A program made the translations under genes and the position numbers. From Aplysia californica (lineage: Eukaryota), in contig NW_004797424.1 of NCBI RefSeq assembly GCF_000002075.1, forward strand, positions 666,020-730,019: a stretch of 64,000 nucleotides of DNA, in the 5' to 3' direction. How positions within the stretch are numbered: the first letter of the stretch is position 1; every line of letters starts with the position of its first letter. The notes beneath the pieces are model-generated. The model was not told where the DNA came from. It searched no databases and saw only the letters and a program-made list of their open reading frames with translations. Below, in pieces: positions 48,278-59,800 of the stretch.

Positions 48278-48877
48278 TTGCCTACGTGTGTTTTAAGATT
48301 TATTTTCTCTCATCCAAGTCTTTCAGTTGCCACCAATCATCTCAAACAGATTAGCGTACTGCCTTTTGTTGACTATTTACGGTACTTGTACATGTACAAT
48401 GTACTTCTATTTTTCCACCGTTACAGTTACGGGGTTGGTTGGAGGGCGCACACGCCTGTGGAGGCTTTTCTTTTCTCTTCCGCCTTTCGTTTCTGTCTGT
48501 CCGTCTTGTTCTTTTTTTTAATATTAAAATTAATAAAATCCAAAATGACCGGTATTGTGTTTAAAATGTGCTTCTCTTTGCTCAAATAAACAACAAACAA
48601 ATTCCACTAAGCAAAAGTTGGCGCTCCTATGTTCAAGGAATTGGAGACTTTTTTAGAACGACATAATGGACTGAGCCCCAAAACAAGAGCAAGGCTATTG
48701 TGTCAGCTACTCCTGCAACTGTTGCAGTCTGCAGCAATGAACCAGCGTCTGTAGTGTCATGATTATTGTACATGTCGTACTTTTCGTCGCTTGACCCATG
48801 AGATAGGATTTGTTTTTATTTATTATTTGTTGTTGTTTGTTTGTTTGTTTTTTGTTTTTGTTTTTTTGGGAGGCGGG

Positions 48878-49372
48878 GGTAAGTGTTTTACGGCGCTCAC
48901 TACTGCATAAGGTCATATGAGCTCACGGGACACATTAAACGTTTTGCAGTTGGTAGGACTTTTTAAATTTGCCCGGTTGGGGGCCGAAGCCAACTCTTTT
49001 ATCGATTTTGGACCATCAAGGGATCTTTAACGTGTGCAACTTGCTCACGGGACCCCCGATATTTTTCGCCCTTATCAGAGAAGGCTAGATGTAGATCTTT
49101 CCTACTAGAAGATCAGGGGTGGGGTGTGGCTGAGAGACAGCAGTAAGGAGCTAAAGAGTAGCAGTAGAAAGGCTGCAGAAAGAGTCAGGAGCCCAGAGGA
49201 GGGGTCAAAGGAGGTGAGGGGGTGGGGGCAGAAAGAGGAGACGAAAGTAGACGAAAGAACATTGCAAGAGAGTTGGAAAGGAAAATTTTTTTTAGGTCGC
49301 TACCCGGATTCGAACCCGGGACCTTTGAATGAGAGGCCAACATCTTAACCTTGATCCTAGGCCACGAGCCCC
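48878..49372 (-). mobile_element. tRNA-Glu-headed Deu/Nin-like SINE
   Basis: Colinear with 38183-38719. Confidence 0.85.
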
Positions 49373-50153
49373 CCCCCCCCCTCCTCGATTCTTGTATTGG
49401 AGAAATAATATAAATAAATTATGTTCTTATTGTGGTAATCGAAGTAGTCTGCTCCTCAAATCAAATAGTCTAAACTAAAATTAATTACTGCGTCCATGTG
49501 GACGCCCTGCGTAAAACAATTTAGTATTTAGTCAATCATAACAAGAGCTGAAAAAGCAAATCGCCCAACAGAACGTGAGAAAAAAAGAAAGAAAAAAATA
49601 GTCACCCAAAACTGCTTTTCAAAAGCCTCAAAAAGGATGTTTTGTTACTAACTTTATATAGGATTTTTATACATACCGCCTAGGCAAGTGCTGTTCTTTC
49701 TTTTTCAAAGGAGAATTCTGGGGTAGACTTAGTCCAATGAAAAACGACAACTCTATAACAATCCTNNNNNNNNNNNNNNNNNNNNNNNNNNNNNNNNNNN
49801 NNNNNNNNNNNNNNNNNNNNNNNNNNNNNNNNNNNNNNNNNNNNNNNNNNNNNNNNNNNNNNNNNNNNNNNNNNNNNNNNNNNNNNNNNNNNNNNNNNNN
49901 NNNNNNNNGTAGCTTGACACAAGGCAGCGTCCTCGCTCTAACCCCTTTTGGCATAATCATTGTTACTATACGCTCTGCTTCTGAAACGCGCTTTTGGAAT
50001 CTTAACCGAAGAAGGAATGGACGTGCACACGACGCGACCATGACAACCTCTAAATCATCACGTGATTCTCAGAAAGAAAATCAATCTAGGTGTGAGAAAT
50101 CATAATAGTTATTATGCAGGTCCCCAGTCAGTTACCGGACTGCAAAACACGCT

Positions 50154-50357
50154 GGGGCTTTCGTGACCCTAGAGATTAAGGTGTTCGCCTTTCATTCAAA
50201 GGTCCCGGGTTCGAATCCGGGTTGCGACGGAAACATAATTTTCTTCTCTAAAATTGTCTCTATTTCACCTCCTTTCCTGCTATGATAAATGTGTCCTGTG
50301 CGCTCTACATGACCTTATGCAGTTGCGAGCGCCGTGCACTTACCAAAAGAAAAAAAA
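50154..50357 (+). mobile_element. Internally deleted tRNA-Glu-headed SINE (head plus tail)
   Basis: GGTTCGAATCC B box, TGACCTTATGCAGTTGCGAGCGCC tail, A-rich end. Confidence 0.82.
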
Positions 50358-50588
50358 TGTAAATTTCGCGGGACTTGGTACGCTCCCCTCCCCCCCCCCC
50401 TCCTAAAAATCAATTAGATAATTTGTACAAATGACATTATCTTTGAATGCAAAGGACCGAAACAGACTAACGGAATCTCTTTGTGAGCACCAGTTACCTT
50501 AAATTTCCCCCCAACCGGGGTTTTGTATAACTAGTTTTCTTTTCCGGGCAAGATTTATGCATGTTTTCTTCTCTACTATGTGCGAATA

Positions 50589-50633
50589 GCCGGAAGTTTT
50601 TTTCTCCCAAAACGCCCACCCGGTACTTCCTGT
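50589..50633. promoter_or_regulatory. EXOC3 proximal promoter, two ETS/GABP-type motifs
   Basis: GCCGGAAGT (50589) and ACTTCCTGT (~50625) lie 120-160 nt upstream of the ATG in CpG-richer sequence; function is inferred. Confidence 0.45.
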
Positions 50634-50750
50634 TTCACCTTCCCCACAGTTTGTATACATTACAGTCAGTATTGTAGAAGTCTACGAAAAGCGGCCGAAG
50701 TTCTGAATTACACGAATAAAAAAGCAATTGTTCAGCACTCATAGCACAAC

Positions 50751-50882
50751 ATGAGTGGCAGTATGGAAGACGAAGAAGACCCTGAGCACTCACAGGGCCC
50801 TGCACCTGCTCCCTTGGATCTGGGAAGACTGGAGGTGGAGGCAAAGCAAGCTGCTGCGAAGCATGTCGCCAGTTTACTGCAG
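50751..50882 (+). CDS. EXOC3: EXOC3 exon 1 (MSGSMEDEE...[11 protein letters not shown])
   Basis: ATG at 50751 (alternative ATG at 50763), gtagat donor, phase 0 into RPDQL. Confidence 0.85.
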
Positions 50883-53800
50883 GTAGATTCTTGATTTTAG
50901 ATATATAGATAGGCACTTGGATATCGGCCAGCGCGGCCCGAGATTTTCGTTCACCTGCGGCCGCCGCGTTTTGTGTCAGAAATCGGGCCCCGTGAGGGGG
51001 GTACCTATTTGTTTTGTTTCGTTTATAGTGTTCTTTTCAATTTATGGATTACTTCCGCCTATCAAATTAAAGAGGAAAGAAAGGCGCGTATTATGGCGTT
51101 TTCCACTTCGGGATCGGTTGTGTGTGTATAGATCTAGATCTAGATCTAGAGTACGGTTGCCCCTTACCAGCCGCCTAACGCGCGTCTGTGGCTTGTTACG
51201 GAAGCTTGGGATAAAAACTGACCCAGTTACCACAAATTGAAACTCATGTTGTAAAAAAGATGTTGCAAAATAATCCTTGGCCTTTGGCCGATAAGAGGCA
51301 ACTGCCAGATTGGTTCTTTAGAGTTATGTTTGTACAATAAGACATAGAACTTTGAAGGACCCCAGTGTTGCCCCTTACCGGCCGGTCGGTGGAGTATTTG
51401 CCTCTTACCAGCCACCTGTTTCCCCTATACCGGCCACATTATATAAACATCAATTTATACACAAAAGTAACGAACTAACCTCCATCCATTGACCTCCACG
51501 TTGTTTGTCATGCACTCAGTCACACCCGATCCATCCATCCAAGTCCCTGTCATTCCCACATTCAAAACACCGACTCTCATCATACTCAGACCTCATACGC
51601 TCAAGAACTTCCATGCATTCCTCATCTGAACTGTCCATGTACTCAATTGCATCCGAGTCACCCTGATCATTTTCTCTCTCATTCTCCACAACCTCAGTCT
51701 TCTTCTTCAAGCCCTTTCCTTTTTGCTTGTTGTCAGCATTAGCCTTCCTTTTAGCCTCTCTTTCCTTGTCCTTTTTCTCTTTGTTTGCCACTCTTTCCAG
51801 TCTCCTTTTCTCTTTCTCTTCATCTTCTCTGCCTTCTTTCTCTCCCTTTCTCTTCCTATCTTCTACAGCTGCTTTCTTTTCCCTTTCCTCTCGTTCTTTT
51901 CCCTCCTCAAACTCCTTATACTTATACTTTTCTCCTGACACGTATTTTGGGGGCTGAATCCTGTGTCCTGAATTTTTGGATGAACTTTGTGGGGCAAGGG
52001 GAGGTTGTCGAAAGTGGGAGGGGGACAATGGCATCTATAAAACTGTCCATAATAGACGAGTTAAGAATGGACTGCTAAGTTTATTGAAAGATATTTGGAG
52101 CAATTTCACATTAAAGATCTCTATAACTCATCAATGTGCTTTTTTAAGACCTTATTTTTAAGTGGCCGGTAGGGGGCAATTACTGCCAAAAAAGTTTCCC
52201 TCAACCGGCCACCCCACTCATATAGTGGGAATTACGTTTTCAGCCATTACATGCTAATAGGCAAGCCAAGCAGACAACTAAAAATGTTTTTCTTTCACAC
52301 AAGAGGAGTACTTCCGGAAATACGATTGCTGAAACCTTATTTGGCTGACCCACATGGCCTTATTCAGAATGATAACAAATGGCAGCTGCACTCACCTGGA
52401 TATGTTTTCTGCTTCAAACAACGAAAGGATTTTCTGCTTCAAGGCTTTTGTGATGGTGGATGTGTGGTAGGGTAAACAAAGAATGTGCAGGTGCAAAGAA
52501 ATTGACAATTGAAACCATTTTAGTCATAAAATTTCGATTTTATTGGCACGGAGTCCAGTCTAAGTTCGAATCGGCCGGAAAGTGGGGGGCGGCTGGTAAG
52601 GGGCAACCGTTAGATCTTTTAGTTTTGGCCACCTCTATTCTCACCCGGGGTGAGAATAGTGCAGGCGAGTCTTTTAGCTATTCTCACCCGATGCGCGTTC
52701 ACCGTTATAGCCTAGAATCTAGATCTAGGCCAACAAATTTTGCGTTCACCCTAAACCCCAGAATTCTACACTGTGATTATAACAGAAAAATTGTAGAATT
52801 CTGTGCCGTGAACAAACGTTACATTACAACTGTAGCCTACTAAAAGCATACAATTTTGTCTGTGGGCAGTGGAGAGAGAGAGAGAGAAAGAGAGAGAGAG
52901 AAAGGAGTAGCGCGAGAACTTCCGGTCATAACAAAATGGCGACCCGCGTAGTTCGGCTCGATTAGAAAAGTTAAATAGCCGTAGCATCTTTGTAGACAAC
53001 CAAATTAATTTACTTTTGTGTTTTAACATAATTTTTTAACTTTGTTTTGGTCAATTTGATCGTCCACACCGATAGACAGTATTCAGAAAGAGACAGAGAG
53101 AGAGAGAGAGGGGAGGAGTAGTTCTTGCGAGAACTTCCGGGCAAAACAAAATGGCGACCCGCGTAGTTCGGCTCGATTCGAACAGTGAAATAGCCATAGC
53201 ATCTTTGAAGACGATCAAATTAGCTTACTTTTGTGCTATAACGTAATTTTTTCTTGGCTTGATCATCCACATCGATAGAAAGTATTCCGAAATTAGGAAA
53301 AACAGGTCTTGTTTCAAACCGGGTGAGAATAGCCTACAATCGCAAGTCTCACCCGGGGTGAGAGGTTGATCGTATTTCTATTCTCACCCCGGATGAGAAA
53401 AGCCACTTCCTTTAGTTTTACTGAAATAGTCCCCTGCTGATTTTTGCCAATTCTTTCACAAGAAGGACTTCCGTAATGAGAGACCTTAAAAACACAATAA
53501 AGAAGAGACCTAACCCTTACTCTTCTCCAAACCTAAACCCTACCCCAAACCTTACCTCTACCCCGAACTCCAAACCCTACCCCTATCTGACCCCAGACCT
53601 TACCCCTACCCCAAACTCAAACCCTACCCTTAACCCTCTATTCTTCTCTGTCTCACATTGGTCTCTCGTTACGGAAGTCCTCTCCTTTCACATATCATGT
53701 AGGCTATGCTCATGTGTATCTGATTGAAGTGACGGCTTCAGTGGGAAAGACATTTTGAGTCTGAGTCTTTCGGCCTTGAAAACATGCTCATTTGTTTTTG

Positions 53801-56800
53801 AAGATCACTTAACTATCAAGTTATTTCGGATCCTGCCACGATATTAGCTTGTGCCCCCCTCCCCCCCTTTGGAGAAGGCTTCCAGTTAACTCGTCACACG
53901 GTGAAATCGTCACACACCTCCAGTGATCTCGTCACAGTTATCTCGTCACAAACTCGAACTCGTGAAAAACGTGTTGCGAGTTCACAGTGGATTGGCAGGC
54001 AAACCCACACCTTTCATTAAATATAATATTTTAAAAATACAAAACTAGAGTTTATTCAATCAAAATCTACACCTGACAACCTTTCTGTTTCATCATTTTA
54101 AAGAAAACGGACTCATATTTGGGTGCAATACATAAAACCTACTAAAAATGTGCATGTCTTTACTGTATGCAATATAAAACAAAAATCTAAAATGGTACAA
54201 GATGGCTGGTGGCTCTCAGAACTTGAAAGAGAGAGAGCGAAAATATCTTGCCCACCAATGGCGAACGCTGATGACCACTGTTTACACGGGAGAGTTGGTG
54301 TGACGGGTTCACTGTTACTGTTATTTGGAGGCTTTTTTTCAGTCAACTTGAGACACGTTTTTCAGTTGTGTTGTCTTCACCGTGTGACGAGTTAACTAGT
54401 TCCCTTGGAGAAGATCTTGCTAGCCCCATGAACTCAATTTGTAAAACTGAACTGTTCCTGCTATTTAGGTTAGAAAAATTAGAATTTAATCAGGTAGACA
54501 TCTTACTCTTTGTCATTATAATGTGAACAAAACACTGAAAGGACTAAAATGGGAAGTGGCTATTTGATCAGGTGATTGTTTTATACTGGTGGCTGTTAGA
54601 GCGCGTTGGACTGCAGGCCTTCTAAATAATTTTATTCTGTGGTCTAGTCTTGGTCTCAAATATGATGGTCAGAAGACTTAACACTAAATGAGTTTTTAAC
54701 ATCATCTTGTTTGGTCAGATTAAATCAAGAGAGCCCCCAGACCTGAATATTATTTTAAGTTTTTAGATTTATTTTTGACAATATAAATGTACGCCTTGAG
54801 ATAGGATGGGTTAACTATGAAGGGCAATTATATATACTCACTGTCCTTTTCTCCTAAAACAATTGTTGGTCCCATGAAGTCCCTCTAACTATTCCTTATT
54901 CACTGTGATAAATTCATTTCTTGTTCTTAATTTTCATTCATATTTGCCAAATTGGTGCTAGCTGCTATCCTTTTCAAAATTGAAGAAATTAGAACAAAGA
55001 TTTTGTTTCCTTATGAACAAACATTGACCAGTCTATGAATGGTGTTTCCTCATTTAATTATCTACAGTCTCTCAGGACTCGCATAGCTGTTTATGAGTCT
55101 TATATATATATTATTTTCATTGTTTAAATTGGATTTTTCTCCAAGTCTAGGCCTCTTTAGAGCCATATATGTAAATTACTTATGACTAGCTCTGAAAGCC
55201 ATGCTATATTTCAAAGAGTAATGATCATGACACCTTTTTAAATTTTAACTAATAATGAATGTCATATTTTATTTATACATCTTGTCCAATTTGAAATGAT
55301 TTATCAGATGGTTTGCTTTACAAATAAATTCTGTCAATGTTTAAATTGGTTGTTTTTTCAGAGACCAGATCAACTGGATAAAGTTGATCAGTATAAGAGA
55401 AGAGTTGCAAGGAAAAAGGTAAGTAAGAATATCATGAGTGAGTGTTTTTCCCCTTACAGGGTGGATTTATTTGCAGATGTCAAGTTATTATTTTAAAGCC
55501 ATCGTTATTTTTTTTTGGGGGGTGGGCTTCAAAGTGGTTTCATCCTACTGATGGTGAGGTTTTTTAAAGTGGGTGTATAAATAGTTGTTAAATAGGTCTT
55601 GTATTTATTTATAAATGAACAACAGATGATTGTTGTGCTTGTGTGGTCAGATTTTTGTTCTTTCCGAACTGTCGTTGTAATTATAAATCTCATCGAAACA
55701 CTATCATATCCTCAAGTCTGAATTTTGACCAATTTCTTTCTTATTTTTACTGATATTATTTGTTTTCTTTTATCATCTTTATCACTTTGTGACCATCATC
55801 ACACGATTTCACTTCCAAAGTTTATTTTTCATGAAAAACATATTCATGAACCTCTGCCCCTCTTTTTAGGCCTCAGTGGAAGCTATGCTGAAAACTGCTG
55901 TTCAGTCCCAACTGGATGGGGTTCGGACTGGTTTGAACCAGTTGCAGAGTGCTCTACAAGATGTTTACCAGATAAAACAGAGGTTAGCCATAGTTATTTC
56001 TTTTCTGAAATGAATTTTACGAACCTGTACAAGTTCAGTGTATATATTTATTTAGAGAGGGAGGAAAAGAAAGAGAAATAATGAAAGAGAGAGAGAGAGT
56101 CAGGTTGTGAATGAAGTAGACAGCTTCAGTTTCAGCTAAATGTAAGAAAAATACCACTGCTATTTGAAATGAATTTAGCAAATTGTAACATTGTAGGAAT
56201 ACAAGAACTAGCATTTACTTTCTAGAGCTAGTATCAGCAACATAATGTTAAGGCTTCATTCACTCGACACTGACAGAGTAAATCGGTTCGGATCTCGAGA
56301 CTATGTTGTTGTCGTTGAGACTGCTTTATTGCGCATGCGCATATCAAGGAAGTTGCTAGTTTCAAATACACAGATACTAAATGTCAGAACAGTACACTAA
56401 GCAAGTTTATCGAACAGCATGGGACAGGAGACAGGACGATAACAAGGATAGACCCCACAACATTCTTAGATTGATATCTCTCTGGTGCTGGAAAATAGTA
56501 CTTTTTTCCTCAGCCATGGAGGTTGAGTGGTGACCGATTCCGCAGCTCTCTCAGAACTGCCTTGTGCCTAGAACAATGCAAATAAGTTGGAGTTTTGGCT
56601 GTTTTTCCGGTCTTTCAAAACACCCTTTTGCACCAAAAAAAAAAAAAAAAAAGGATTCTTCTTTTCAACTGCCATGAGATGATATCCGGGCAGGCAAATC
56701 ATTCAATAGCTTTAATTTATTGTAGTCAAGTGACTCGTATTTTATTTCTATTTTTGACCCAAACTGCACTTCTTCATGGATTTTAAAAAATTGTCCTAGA

Positions 56801-59800
56801 TTTGGTTGTCAGGGGGATTGGCACTTCTGTTTGCCATTTGATGTTAGATTTGATTAGTTCTAGTGTGAAATGTTTGAATGAGTCTATTTTAGTGTCTTAA
56901 AAGCTGTGGAATCACATTTTATTTAATTTAATCTGTATTCAATATTTTCTTTTGCAGCTTGGACGAGATTGAGGAGAACTACCGTATCATTGAGCCTTTA
57001 CATCAGACTCTGAAGAAACTGAAGGCGGAAAACAGCAGATTCTGTCAGGTGGGCACCTGATTTTGCTTTCCCGGAATGAAATTAGGAGGATCCCAATAAA
57101 AATGCACCTGTTTTTTTAGATAATTGTCTTTTTCTGAAGATAAAAATGATAAAGTAGACTGTGGCTGTCTTGGTGCAGTTGCTAGTATAATCGTAATGTT
57201 CTCTTAATTCTTTGAAGACGCACCCACTTTCCCTTTCTTGATACCCTGTGACGCACCTTCTTTGCCATTTTTTACTATTTATTTCCTATCAACAGTGCAA
57301 AAATCCTACTTACACCTCTAAAATGTACAATTTCTCTTTTTTTTCTCTAATACCAATCAATCATACATTCACAATACCAGTCTTACCCCGATGGAGGCTA
57401 CAAGATCACTATAGTTTCCCTCGAAAGGAAAACATTTTTGACAAGATGAGACTTGTGGGTCAGGTAGATCTACCTACCAATGGTACAGATTCATAATCAC
57501 TGTCATCTGAACTTTCTTTTTCGCACTTTAAGTCTACCTCCTCATCACTGCCATCATCCATAAAATACTCCGAAGCTTCTTCAGTCCGCATCACACCCCG
57601 TCGCCTAGAGCTCACCATTTTGGATAGAAACTGCGACATTTCGTGCGAAACAATGGGCCTAAAACAAACACCATGCAAAGCGATCCTAATTCAAAAGCAA
57701 ATAAAAGGAATCAACCAAATTATAGGGCTTTGGACGAGCTTTGCAATGACATAGGGGTTGTCCATCTTAGAGCTCTAATTTAGCAAATAAATACGTTTAA
57801 AATCGTCAGCAGATTATCCGCTGATACGGTGACTACGGTAGGTTCTCCTGTCGGCTGATTATCCGCTGACGCGTCTTCAAAGAGTCAGAAGCATAACTCT
57901 GAATATCACTAAAACACTTAATGCAGTTCCTTTTCTTGACAGTTATAATAAAAGTAGCTTCATGTCATGTGTTTCATGAGAATTATTCCAGTTTTGAGAA
58001 AGTTTAGATTCCAAGTTTGTGCTTTAATAGGTCCCCAGAGCAAAGCCCAGGAATTTGTATCCACCTTTCTATATATTTGTTGCCTCTGAACTATTTTGTC
58101 TAAAGTGCACTCTGGACTAAATAGTTCTGAGGCGGCAATAGTATTCAAATGTGGGCAGTCGGTGGGTGCTCTGGTGTGGTTTGCTCCTTCTTTCCTATCA
58201 AACATCTATCGTCCTGATCTCTCCTTCTTCTTTTTTGTGTTTGTTACTCTTTTGTTATACCTCTAATCTTCGTCACTTTTTAACCTTATTGTGTTGCAAG
58301 TGCCGTAAAACTCTTACTAAAACTAAACAAATATTCAAAGTAGTTTTTCTGGCTTTGTTTTGTTTCAGTTATCTGCAGCTCAGGAAAATCTGAAGCACAT
58401 CTTTACTGTCCCTGAGAGTGTGAAGAAGACGAAAGAGCTCATCATGGAGGGAAAGCTCTTACAGGCTCATAAACAGTAAGATGATGGGAATGGGTACCCA
58501 GCTATAGACAGAGAAAGATCTTGCCAGTTTGTTTGTGTTTGAGCGCTTAATCAGCTGCTTGCACTGTATGCTTCCCGGGAAGCTGAGAATGTTTCTGAGT
58601 GTTCTATGGTCTGCTGGGGTAATAATATAGTGTAAAGTGCATTGAGCTTGCTGTTGAACAGGGGTATGCGCTATACAAATGCTACTTATTATTATTATTA
58701 TTATTAAGATCTCACTTCTTGTTGTAAGTTTAAGTGTTTCTGTCCTTTGTGCTAGTCTGTCAGCTCCATGTTGTTTTCACCTTTTATATTTATGTGATAA
58801 ACCTCAGTACTTAAAGGGTCTATAAAAATAATACTGCGAAATGGTAGTCCTCTTTGGAGCTTGCGTGTTTGAATTGTAGGTGGCTTTCTTTGTATCATGT
58901 AGAGTACAGTTCTGATTAGTGCCATGCTTGCAGTTTTGGTGGCTCTTGTCTCCATTTATTTAGAGATGTCTCGACTCCGTCGTCTTTTTTTTAATTGGGG
59001 GGGGGGGGGGGGGGTGTTGGGGGGAGATATCCCCTTTCTGCTTTAATGGTACTTTTCTTGTGAAAAATATCGTTTTCCAGACTGTTGTGTGTCTTTATAC
59101 TATCAGACTGTAGTCAAACTTGTCCAAGACAGCTTCTCTTTGTTGGGGAGAAAAGAGGTCATCTTGACATGTGGTTTTCTTGGATATCTTCATTAAAATA
59201 TTGAAAAAAAGATGTAAGGGGAGAAGTGGGAAATAGTCATTACTTAAGTGATTATCATGGACAGGTTCTCTTTTGAGTGCAAAAAACCTGTTGTATCCTT
59301 TCGTCTCACTTTATCCTGAATGGGTTTTATTACCTTTTCTGATTTTTTTGCTAAAAGTCAGTGATTCACGTGAAACTTGGTGGTTTTTTTCTTTACTTAT
59401 GATGTGCTTAGTATTGTCTGGTGATGCCATTGCATATTTGAAGGAATAGCTGATGAATCGTTGTGGCCTGTTTTTTTTCCACTTTTATCTTCATATATCA
59501 TTCATATAGTATTATCTGTTTAACTAACAAAATATGACAAATCGTCTTGTTTTCCTTCTGTCTGTATCAGCCTGACTGACCTTGAGATGTCGCGAGATGA
59601 CCTTCTGCTGGCAATGCACAAACAGCCCAACCAGAGCCCAACAGACAAAAACGTAAGCTTCTTTTTACGATCACAGGTCATAGGTCATAGGTTCTGATGG
59701 ATTACACAGCGGTTTTGTGCAATCCTATAGTTCAAAGGTAATGTGTTCCCAGAAGTCAAGGGAGGTGGAATTGAAATCCTACTGCAGTAAAATGATCCTT

